Part shown: positions 27,375 to 38,399 of the stretch, piece after piece
Layout: each line of letters opens with the position of its first letter
How positions within the stretch are numbered: position 1 is the stretch's first letter
Assembly: GCA_030324005.1 (NCBI GenBank)
Contig: JARDVH010000073.1
Span: 31,756,569 to 31,820,568, forward strand
Source of the DNA: Negaprion brevirostris
Taxonomy: Eukaryota
Direction of reading: 5' to 3'
Length of the DNA: 64,000 bases
The notes under the pieces: generated by a model
The model's input: only the letters and a program-made list of their open reading frames with translations
Databases searched by the model: none
Told to the model about the DNA's origin: nothing
Made by a program: the position numbers and the translations under genes

Positions 27375-27640
27375 TCAGTGATTAGTACTGCTGCTTCACT
27401 TGAACCCAGAGACCCAGGTTCAATTCCTGGCTTGGGTGACAGTCTGTGCGGAGTCTGCACGTTCTCTCCTTGTTTGCATGGGCTTTTTAGGGTGATTTAG
27501 TTTCCTCCCACGGTCGAAAGATGGCCATGCTAAATTCACCCTCAGTGTACCTGAACAGTTGTTGGAGTGTGGCAACTAGAGGGCTTTCACAGTAACTTCA
27601 TTGCAGTGTTAATGTAAGCCTACTTGTGACTAACAAAGAA
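27375..27640 (+). mobile_element. HE1-like SINE, alternative tail
   Basis: Head, V-domain and the cagtaacttcattgcagtgttaatgtaagcctacttgtgac tail. Confidence 0.8.
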
Positions 27641-28529
27641 AATAAACATTTTCCAATCGATCATCATTTAAACAATACTCTGCCAAATGCATGATGCTTG
27701 TTTGGTTAATTATTTGAGATTCCAGTGACCGAAGTACGATTGATAATACTGACAGATTCCAAAATTTGCAAACCTGTAGTTGTGCCAAGATTGATTTAAT
27801 AACTAATGTATGCACATAAAAAGGTGAAACCCCTTTTTAGCAATAGTTTCGCGAGTATTGATTTTTTTTTAGTATTATACAGATATAGATATAGAAAAAT
27901 ACATTACAGATTTTTAATTTTCATATTCACAAAACCTTCATTGTAAATTTAATGCAATGCTACAATGTCAGTGCTGTGAGAGAGTAAATTTTGGTAGCTG
28001 TGACATTTTGAACTAAAACAGACTATATGGCCAAAAGAAATTGTATGAAACATGCCTCTAAGGCTTGTAATTCTATATGGCCAATCTTCATTGTACCAGT
28101 GCTGAACAACTATATAATTAATAGAATATGGTATCATTTGGAAAAGTGGATAATATTAAAAAACCTACTAAGGAGCTTGGCAGACATGTGTTTAGTTCCT
28201 GCTGAACTGTTGAAATTTGACACGTTGGAATACTGGGGTGTTATTCTCTTTTGAGTGAATTATAATCCGAAAGTCCTTTTTGAAAAGGAACGTAATTTAT
28301 TCAGACTCAACAACATACAATTAATGTAAGAATTATAGGCAAAGTTGTCAACACAGACCTGTATGTGGATATTTATTCTGAATATTGTTATTTAAAATCT
28401 GTTAATATACGACACTAGGTGAGAAAACTGTTGGAAACTCTGGACTCTGTGTTCTGATGTTACCACAGAATGGATACTTCTGTCCATTGAAGAGACCATG
28501 GAGTCAACATTTTAGGACTCATGCCTGGT

Positions 28530-30655
28530 ATTTGTGACACAAATAGAGGTAAATGACTTTGATCTAATCACCCTTACAGAAACATGGTTACAAGGTGATC
28601 AAGGTTGGGAAATAACTATTCCAGGCAACACAATACTTTAGAAAAACAGACAGAATGGTGAAGGAGGAGGGTAGCTCTTCTAGCTAGGAATGGAATAAGG
28701 ACATTAGTGAGAAAGGATCTGGCCTCTGAAGGTCCTGAAGTAGTATCGGTATGGGTGGAAATTCAAGATTAGCAAGTCAGAAAAAGCAAATGAGATTAGT
28801 GTATAGGCCTCCTAACAGTAGTTACACCATTGGGCAGATCATTAAACAAAAAATTATTGGAATGCGTAACAAAAGAAATATAATGTGGGGAACTTCAATC
28901 TTCATTCAGACTGGGAAAATTTGATTGGGAAGAGTGGCCTAGAAGATGAGTTTGTCGCATGGTTCCTGACAGTTTCTTGAAACAGTGTGTAGTGCAACCA
29001 ATTAAGGTTTGTTATCTTAAATCCAGTATTGTGTAATGATTCAGAGTTAATTAGTAATATCATAGTAAAAGCTCCACTGGGAAATAGTGACCATAATATC
29101 AATTCCATATTAAGTTTGAAAGTGACATATTTCAATTGCAAAGAAAAATCTTAAACTTAAACAAAACCAACTACAGAGGTATGAGGGAGGACTGGCGAAG
29201 GTTAATTGGGTAGATAGAGCGAAAGGTATGGTGGTAAATGAGCAATGGGAAACATTTAAAGAAACAACTCAAAATGTTCAACAAGAATACATTCCATTGA
29301 AAAACAAAAAACTCAGTGAGGAAGATGTTTCTGTGGTTCACTCAAGAAGTTAAGGATAATATTAGACTAAAAGTAGAAGTTTACAATGTTGCAAAGAAAA
29401 GTAGCAACTCTGAAAATTGTGGGTGTTTTAGAAACAAGCAAAGGGCCACCAAAATGTTGATATAAAGGGAAAAAACAGAATGTGAGAGGAAACTAGCCAG
29501 AATATATAAGCAGATTGCAAGAACCTTTATACAAAAAATGGAAAAGGAGCTGAAGTAAACATTGGTGCCTTAGGAGCAGTGACGGGAGAAATGATCATGG
29601 GGCAAAGAAGAAATGGTGGAAGCACTGAACAAATATTTTGTGTCTGTTTTCATTGTAGGAGGCGCAAGTTTTACACCAGAAATAGACCGTAATTTAGGGG
29701 TAAGAAGAGAAAGGAGGTAAATATCAAAGAGTATTGAGAAAATTAAGGGACCAAAATCCTACGTATCTCCAAGACCTGATACCTACACCCTTGGTTCTGA
29801 AAGAGATAATTGCAGAGATAGTAGAGGTGCTGACTATTTTCCAAAATTCCTTAGATTCAGGAATGATCCCGTTAGATTGTAAATTGGCAAATGATGCACT
29901 GTTTTTCAGGAAAGGAGGAAGAGAGAAAAAAAATAACCAAAGGCCAATTAGTCTAACATCAATTATTGGGAAAATGCTAGAATCTATTATTAAGGAAATT
30001 TTAACATTGCACTTAAAAAAAACATAGTATGATTAGAACAGGCCAACATGGCTTTACTAAAGGGAAATGCTGTTTAACAAACATATCAGATATTTTTGAG
30101 GAAGTAACTGGAGATAGAGAGGAACTAGTAGATTTAGTACACCTGGATTTCCAAAAGGCATTCAATAAGATGCCGCGGAAAAGATTAATAGATAAGGTAA
30201 GGGCTCATGGAGTTGAGGGTATTATATTAGCATAGATACAGGATTGGTTAAAGTATAAGAAATAGAGGGGGCTTTTTCAAGTTGGCAGCCAGTGAATAGT
30301 GGATTGCTGTAAGGATCAGTGCTGGGGCCTCAGATATTCAAATCTATATTAATGACTTAAATGAAGAAACTGAGAGTAATACATCAAACTTTGTTGGTGC
30401 TGGGAAGGCAACAAGACGGCGGATGGAGTATAAAATAGTGAAGTGAGAAGTTATGCATCTTGGTGTGAAGAATAAAAATGCAGATTTTTTTTAAGAAGAA
30501 ACTTGGTTGTATTTGTACAAGGAATGCAGAAAGTTAGCATGCAGATGCAGCAAGCAATTAGGAAGGCACATGGCATGTTGATCTTTATTGCAAAGGGATT
30601 GGAGTACAAGAATAAATAAGTCTTGCTCAGTTGTACCGGGTTCTGGTGAGACCAT
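28530..30655 (+). mobile_element. CR1 LINE ORF2 (endonuclease and RT), decayed
   Basis: TETW (acagaaacatgg), YRPP (tataggcctcct), SDH (agtgaccat), RPISLTSIIGKMLESII, QHGFTKGKCCLTN, LDFQKAFNK. Frameshifted. Confidence 0.92.
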
Positions 30656-30977
30656 AAGACATAGGAGCAGAATTAGGCCACTTGGTCATTGAGTCTGCTC
30701 CACCGTTCAATTACAGCTGATATTTCTCTCATCTCCATTCTCCTGCCTTCTCTCCATAATCCCTGATCCTCTTATTAATCAAGAACCTCCTATGGCAAAG
30801 AGTTCCTCAGATTCACCACTCTCTGGCTGAAGAAATTCCTCCTCATCTCCGTTTTAAAGGATCATCCTTTTAGCTTGAGGTTGTGCCCTTTGGTTCTAGT
30901 TTTCCTACTACTGGAAACATCCTCTCCACATCCATTCTATCCAGGCCTCACAGTATCCTGTAAGTTTCAATAAGATC
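30656..30977 (-). mobile_element. CR1 3' end in antisense orientation
   Basis: aagacataggagcagaattaggcc..ttcaccactctctggctgaagaaattcc, the reverse complement of a CR1 tail. Confidence 0.8.
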
Positions 30978-31334
30978 NNNNNNNNNNNNNNNNNNNNNNN
31001 NNNNNNNNNNNNNNNNNNNNNNNNNNNNNNNNNNNNNNNNNNNNNNNNNNNNNNNNNNNNNNNNNNNNNNNNNNNNNTTAAAATCTTAATTGATTTACAA
31101 AGTATTTTAATTAGTGTTTTGTGAAGTTGCAACTCTTGGGAGGGTATTTATTCTTTTGTGTGAATTTTGAAATCGAAATTGCTTGTGGTAACTTCAAAAC
31201 TGGGCAAAAATAGATTTAATTCCAAATATCTTTGCAACTTTTTCTTTTTTTGACACTAATTTGTATTTAGTAAATTGATCTTCAGATTATTGTTAGTCCT
31301 TCTTTCTAAAGATTGTTTTTTGCTTTGTTTGCAG

Positions 31335-31617
31335 ATTTTCCATTCAAAATGTTGAGTTGGAAATGTAGATGAACGATGTATAGCTGAGTTATCCTTTGCA
31401 CTCACGAGGTGATGGTGACTCCGAGCAACCCACAGTAAAGGTGTCCAACAACAAGATACCGGCAGTAAAACGGTTCAAGCTTTACAGACAGTTGAAATGG
31501 ATTATACTTTTCTAGATCACTTGCAATCTACGTGAAGTTCTAGGTTTCTGCTGTAATGAAGTGGCTGGTTCTTTAAGTGCCAAATAACCCATAATTTGGG
31601 GACAGTCCAGTGTCACC
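31335..31617 (+). other. DUSP16: Probable 5' UTR portion of the DUSP16 ATG exon
   Basis: Polypyrimidine tract plus acceptor tttttgctttgtttgcag| ending at 31334, then unique non-repeat sequence up to the ATG. Inferred from splice signals only. Confidence 0.65.
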
Positions 31618-31848
31618 ATGGCTGATGGAAAAATCAGGACTCAAATGGTAACTGCTGAGAAGCTGGTGGGACTGCTGGAGAACGGCATGGAGAGAGTGCT
31701 GGTTATTGACAGCCGTTCTTTTGTTGAGTATAATGCCTCACATATCTTGGATGCTGTGAATATTAATTGCTCAAAGCTCATGAAAAGAAGACTACAGCAA
31801 GACAAAGTACAAATAATAGAACTCATCCAGCATTCTGCAAAACAAAAG
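31618..31848 (+). CDS. DUSP16: DUSP16/MKP-7 first coding exon (aa 1-77; rhodanese CH2A region and MAPK-docking KRR motif)
   Basis: Translates MADGKIRTQMVTAEKLVGLLENGMERVLVIDSRSFVEYNASHILDAVNINCSKLMKRRLQQDKVQIIELIQHSAKQK, close to vertebrate DUSP16 (LLESGTEKVLLIDSRPFVEYNTSHILEAININCSKLMKRRLQQDKV). Strong Kozak context gtcaccATGG. Phase-0 donor AAG|gtaggt at 31848/31849. Closer to DUSP16 than to the paralogue DUSP8. Confidence 0.95.
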
Positions 31849-32529
31849 GTAGGTTTTGCTGGAAAAGTAAAATTTGAAAGATTACCAGGGGAATTTTAAA
31901 AAGTGCATTGCTTACAAAGTAATTTCCAGTTTTATCCTTTTCTTTTAAGTTTGACGTTTTATCTCTAAAATTCATTTTTTAAATAGTGAATGGGGAAGGG
32001 ATTCTCTATACAAACAAAACACAATTTTTGCAGTATTGCAATGCTCTAGCCTCATTTGATTTCTAAACATGGACCAATAGCATTGATTTTTAAACACTAA
32101 TCCAACATTGTCGCTATGAAGTGGAAAATGAAAAAATGTACATTGAAAGAAGGTTGATGCTTAGTTTATGACATGCTTAAAAATTTGAAAGGCTGTTTTT
32201 CAGTCTTGGTATCACATGATTCAAAAAATACTCACCAGGTAACTGATGATTGTTGGTAATTGTGCATGTTTTCTTCTACATTTTTAGAAAATAGTTTCAT
32301 AAATCTTGTTTCCAAATTACGTTTTGTTAAGAAGAGCATTATCACCTGGAATTTACAGCACAGGCTTGGATATTTTGTTCTAAAGGTGTGTTCTTATTCT
32401 CCCCACGAACCTCCTCTCACCTTACTTCAGCTTTCCCTGTAGATATCCTTCTGTTCTTTTCTCCTTCATTTACTTAACTAGTTTTTCCTTAAATGCATCC
32501 GTGCAATTTGCTTCAGCCACTCCATCTGT

Positions 32530-33020
32530 GAGGCATAAGCGAAGAGTGTGATTGATACTCCCATTTGCCTGGATGAGTGCAGCTTGAACAACATTCAAGA
32601 AGCTTGACACCATCCAGAAAAAAAATTCCTTCTTGATTGGCACCCCATCCTCTATCTGAAGTATTCACTCCCTCAACCACTGACACGCAGTGACATCAGT
32701 GCAATATTTAAGATGCTTCTTTAACAGCACGTTCTAAACCCATGACTTCTACCAGCTAGAAGGACAAGGATAGGAAACGTGTGAGAACACCATCACCTGC
32801 AAGTTCCCCTTTTGAGCCACCCACCTTCCTGACTTGGAACGATATCATCTTTTTTTCCACTGTCACTGGATCCGTCCCTAATAGCACTGTGGGTATAACT
32901 ACCCAGCGTGAATGGCCGCAATCCAGGAAGGCAGCTCACCATCAGCATCTCAAGGGCAGTTGGAGATGGATAATAAAAACTGGCCTAGCTAGTGGTGCCT
33001 GCATCCCTTGAATGAATTCT
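32530..33020 (+). mobile_element. LINE family B 3' end
   Basis: Same tail as 3499-4117 (ggcagctcaccatc..caagggcagttggagatgg..taaaaactggcctagc). Confidence 0.8.
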
Positions 33021-33414
33021 CTCAGCAATACTGAACATCCCAAGCTCTGTTATGGAGGATACCTTAATTCAAGGAGCCACTTCCATAGGGCTCAGGAGAC
33101 ACAGAATCCTTAACTCCACTCACTACTATTGTGACCATTTAATCCAGAAAGACAAAGGGAAGAGTGTTAGTGATTGACTGGGATGTACTATGATTATGTA
33201 ATATGCCTGCTACAATCAAATTGCTGGAAGTATGTGAAATCAACAGGAGGTCATAATGAGGATGGCATCATTGGAATGTGTGTGAAAGATGAAGTGGGGT
33301 GTTTGGACTGAGTTTTGAGTGCCAGGAGCTGCAGATCAGTCAGTGGTGAGAGATTAGTGCGTTGAACATCATGAGAGGTTGATGGAGTGATGCGTAGGGG
33401 ATGTCACATGAAGA

Positions 33415-33760
33415 TGCATTCACTGGCCTAGGCTATCTTCATCAGTTCATTATGTTTCTTGTCGTATGTTGTATGAAAGATTTGTTTGACAATTGAGGCA
33501 TAAAGTATTAAGAAGGTAGAATCATGGTGAGACAATTTGTTAAAGGGAGGGTAATAATGCAGAAGTATTTTTAGGACTGGAGGGACATAGGCTGTCAAAG
33601 CCTGGTCATCTTCTCCCATTCCCTTCGGTGGGCTATCTTTTGAGGGCATCCTGCCCTCTCCATGGAAGCATGTCTTCTTGCCTTTTGTCCACCTTCAGCA
33701 CTATGGAGAACTCCACTATCACATTGCAAGCTGGGAGCCTCTTTGCCTTAATGTTCTGTT
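33415..33760 (-). mobile_element. Possible Harbinger Myb/SANT gene fragment
   Basis: Minus strand gives KEAPS..., EDMLPW.., WEKM.. and KKHNELMKIA, echoing the APRF...W...KKFNDL pattern at 38550-38755. Heavily decayed, with an internal insertion. Confidence 0.4.
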
Positions 33761-33864
33761 CTGCATGTTTAGAATGGTAACAATAACGTTCAGCAGTAAT
33801 GTCCTGTGATTCAGCGTTGTTTCCTTTAAGAGGGACAGACTGCTGTTAAGAAGAGCAGGCTGTC

Positions 33865-34265
33865 TGTACCATGTGCTCTCTCAATCCTATTCCCACTAAA
33901 CTGCTGACCACCCAACCTGCAAACTTCCCTCTGATGTTAGCTGTCATTGTTAGTAGTTCTCTCTTCTCAGCTTTTGTCCCTCTCTCCTTCAAATCTGTTG
34001 ACATCACCATTTTCCTCAAAGTGAGAAAACCCTTGACCCCTCCATCCTTGCAAACTATCATTCATTTCTAAGGTCCCGTACAAGTGTTGTTAGCTACAAA
34101 CTTCATGCTCGTTTTCCCTGAATTCCTTCCTTGCCACAGATTGAAGCAGCTCTCATCAAAGTGACAAATGATATCCTGTGTGAGAAAGGCAGAGCATCCA
34201 TGCATTGTAATTATAAAGTGAAAATAAACAGCGTTTAAAGGAAAAAATAGTTTGTTGCTTTGCAA
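33865..34265 (+). mobile_element. L2 LINE ORF2 fragment
   Basis: CSLNPIPTKLL...VPLSFKSVDITIFLK, compare L2 CxLDPIPTxLL...PxxFKxAxIxP. Confidence 0.75.
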
Positions 34266-37200
34266 CCAGCGGCCATTCTAGGTTAGAAAGTACATTTGAA
34301 TTTAGTTTTAAGGAGTTTTAGTAGAAGCTGGACAGGACAAAGGGAACTGCAGGTTGAAGACTTCCCAAAAGAACAGAAGAAAGTACAGAAACCAGAAAGT
34401 TGGGACAGAAAGTATGTCTCAGGAAGGCAGTTAAGTCAAAGGAACAAAGAATAGGAAGTTGAACAAGGTCCTGTTGGGTGAATTTAAAGTAAAATCAGGG
34501 CAAGTGCTCTGAATTAAAGAGATAATTGCAAGAACCAGATTTAAAGTGAGAAGCCAGACTTCTAAAGTTTGATGACATTTTAATACAGCCTGTGAAGCAA
34601 TGGTGTTCTATTGATATGGCTGGCTGCCAGAGAGATTGTGTGGAAACTTGAAGGCAGAGAAATGCTGAAAGGAGAGACTGAAATCCTGGATGTGGACCCT
34701 TGGTGAAGGCACCCTAGAGAAAGTTTTGTTTGGGAGAAGATTCCAAGGCATGTTTTTTTGAGAGTTTTCTTGTGAAAGGCAGAGTTCCAGTGAGACCAGT
34801 TGGCACACAACGTAATGTACATAACCACAGTGATTATACACAAACTTCACTGGTTCTAAAACATTTTNNNNNNNNNNNNNNNNNNNNNNNNNNNNNNNNN
34901 NNNNNNNNNNNNNNNNNNNNNNNNNNNNNNNNNNNNNNNNNNNNNNNNNNNNNNNNNNNNNNNNNNNTTCACTGGTTATAAAACATTTTATGGCATCCGA
35001 GGGCATGATGGTGTAAATTTGTTTCTCTCTGCCCACGTCCATGAGATTTCACACCAGAATGTTTCTCAGACTCTCAAGGGTTAATTGTGAGGAGAAATTA
35101 CATAAACTAGATGTGTATTCCTTGTAACGTAGAAGGTTATGGGTTAATTTTACAATCCCTGTAGAGACCTATAATTTTTTTAAAAGAAAGGAATCTGCAC
35201 AATGCCAATGGAAAGAAAGCTGATGGACAAGATTTCACTTTCACTGTAACAAACCACCTAAAACCAATATAAATCAAACATTAATTAATAGATGAAGGAT
35301 ATTTCGAACAAAAAGGTAAATTTCACTTTAAATAGCCAATATAACAAAGATGTGCCATGTGTAATTCCAAGCATCCACATTAATTCCTGCATAGATGTGG
35401 TATCATGGGCAACCTCAGTCTTTCCATCAGTATCTGTTATACAGGATCTTTCGCTTCTAATCCAATTGTTTTGGCCGTTGAGTCAGATTCATCAGCAGCC
35501 TTACTGCATCTGAAGTCGCCAGACATGGTTACCACTGACAAGGTACATATCTATAAAGCCTTTCTTACTCAGGTCATGATGGTCCTGATAGCACATAATT
35601 CACTGGAACTCCCTTTTCTGACTCATTTAAATGGTTTGGTGGAGTTCATCAACTCTGAAATAGCAGCAATGAGTCTTGTCCAATCCACAATCCTTTGCTC
35701 TTCTTGTCTTTAACTTTCCATCCTTTCCAATTATATTACATTTACAGGAACACAGTTTTTGCTCTGTTCTCAAAGACCTACTTCAGTGCAAGGATTTTTT
35801 CAGAAACAGCCAAACACACAACTGTTCCATTCGGAAAGACTTTGCTTGTTTTTTCTCTCTCTCAAATTGTATGTGTTCTGAATTGCCAAACAAAAACAGT
35901 GACTGAAACCCAACCCCACTTCAATTAGCTTTTTATTTACTCTTTGCTTCTTAGCAGTTCATGGGATGAACAGCTATGGTCAAGTGGGCACTTCATGGAA
36001 CCTATTGATGTCCCAGTTCGGAAACAAACTAACTTTTTCAGAATACCCCCCAGTTCAACCTAGCCTAAAGGAGATATCTCAGCAAAAGAAACTAGAGACT
36101 TTCCCCAAAGCACATTGGTCATCATTGTGTCACTTAGTTTAGGTTTTAACATTTTGAAAGCGTTAATGTAGATAGAGAGAAACTTTTCTTGCTGTTTGGG
36201 AGTTCTAACCTTAAAATCAGAGCCAAGCCATTTGGGGAGAAGNNNNNNNNNNATAGATTGTAATAAAACATGAGCAAGATAGGATATGCAGCCAAAGCAG
36301 GTCGTTGGAACTTTTTACTGGGCAGTAATGATCTCATGATTTGCCAATCAGACTTGAGGTGCTAAATGGCTTGGTCCATTTATTTTGCTACTTCATAATG
36401 CAATAGAATAGTGGCTTGCCATTCATTATTTTGGTCAACAATTTAAGCTCTTTTCAGACCTCCTTTCATAAAGGAAAACAGTAATTCTATTAACTGAACA
36501 GCAGAATTCCAAATATCCATTACAACTCTAGAACATCAATGCATTCTTAGCTAGTATCCACAAACATCTGGTACATATACTTGAATAATAATTGTCTTTC
36601 ATTTGAATTGAGAATTAGCAAATTGTGCATTACAGTGAGTTAACATTCTGCGCTCTTAACTTGTTCAATTTCCCCCACCTCTCCCTTGGTTGTACTAGCT
36701 TTGCCAGCTGTAAGGTTCTTAATTTAGCTCCTGGTGGATGTGGGTCTGTAGCACAAAGCAAACTGTAATTTAGCAAAAATTAGCAATCCAAATTATCAGT
36801 CGTGGAACATGGAAAAATACCAATCAGTGCGGTATCACTTTGTTAGCTCAAAAAACACTCATTAATGCACTCATTAAGAAACTAGATGTGGTAATAAGTG
36901 GGTAGCATGGTTAACCTTCTGGAAAGATGAGATGACACAGATTGATCATTTGACTTGATCTNNNNNNNNNNTAGCATTTAATAATAAAAATTTACATATT
37001 CCAAGAGGACGAGAATATAACTGGTAATGATATATGAGATAGTAATTTAGAAAAATGCTTCTGACAACTTTTTAAACTACAAGACCAAAGCTCTCGTTTG
37101 TATATCAGCAAAACCCCAAAACTAATTTATTGTCTTAACCCATTCCCATTTTTCTCCTCACAATGCATTGTTTTTGGGGAAAACAGTTAAACATTGAGTA

Positions 37201-38399
37201 CACAAATAGAGTTGCTATGACCTATTGAAAAGACGTTAATAAGATGACTGTTAAATGAGCTGGTCTGTTATATTTTCTTCAAGCTTCAATGAAGATTTTT
37301 TGATATCAAAAATGTCATCATATATGTGAAATGCTGCATCACTGACATGGTTTTCATAAGTTTGAAATGAGCTTGAATTCACAAGTGTGTGAATGTTCTT
37401 GAGCAATGATATTGGCCAAACCAGATATCCTATAACTTGTATTTCTGAATTTTAAGCATGTTATGAATGTTGTCATTGTAATTTTAATAGTTGCATGAAT
37501 AGAACAGGTAGCGTTTGCAAATGAAGGCTCAACAAATGATACTCCAAGCAAATGACATATGGCCAACACTTGCGTATTATACCTGTTTTTATAAGAAACA
37601 TCTTTGCCATTTTTAATCTTAAGCGCTGAAGTTGTTTATAGAACACAGCTGCTGGTGAACTAAATGCATATTTATAGCTAAACAACCTAGCAGATCCCAA
37701 AGCACTATTTTACAAAGAACTGTTGCAACAAACTGCGCAGTTGCAATTGTTTCGTCCACACAAAATTGCACAAGTTCTTGTTTTTTACTGGCGAGAGCAT
37801 TACAAAATAAGATTTGAATGAACCATAAAACACTTGCAATCAGAAGTAATATAACCCCTCTCCAATCGCAATTGGATTATTTTTTGTGCAATAAGTTTTA
37901 AAATGTAGGTCAAATTTGGTTCACTATAGAATTAAAAGATAGATGCTGAATGCCTTTTCTTACAGTTTGTCATAAGTAATTATGTTTTAGTTGCTTAATT
38001 CACTTCTTCTGATCATTCAGTGATGAAGTTTCCCTTTTGATTGCATTAGTATAATTTCAATAATTCATTTTTTGGTGCAATCTGACGGAACTATCTTGAG
38101 TGTCTGTAAAGAACATCGGTAGTGTTCAACTGATTTGTAAATGCTTTGTCAAATTTTAACCCTTGCCGGTGTATAGTGCCTTGAACTATTGTAGATTTGA
38201 GACAAGTGATGAAACTGCCTTGATTGTGATTTACTGCTATGCTGTTTTATAAATTTAAAAGGGAAAATTTGAATACATTCTGAAAGTAGGAATGGGAATC
38301 ACAGTATGCACTTTGTGCCATCTCTCATTTACTTGATAGAAGCAAGCAACCAGTGTGAAGTGTGCCATTGACTGGTGGTGTGCCTGTGCAAAGGGTTCA

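Noticed and set aside
28530-30655. Active LINE ORF2
   Set aside because: Numerous stops, frameshifts and deletions. No intact RT ORF exists anywhere in the window.
31849-31899. ORF-track extension VGFAGKVKFERLPGEF after ...SAKQK
   Set aside because: Intron read-through past the AAG|gtaggt donor. Homology resumes at 41457.
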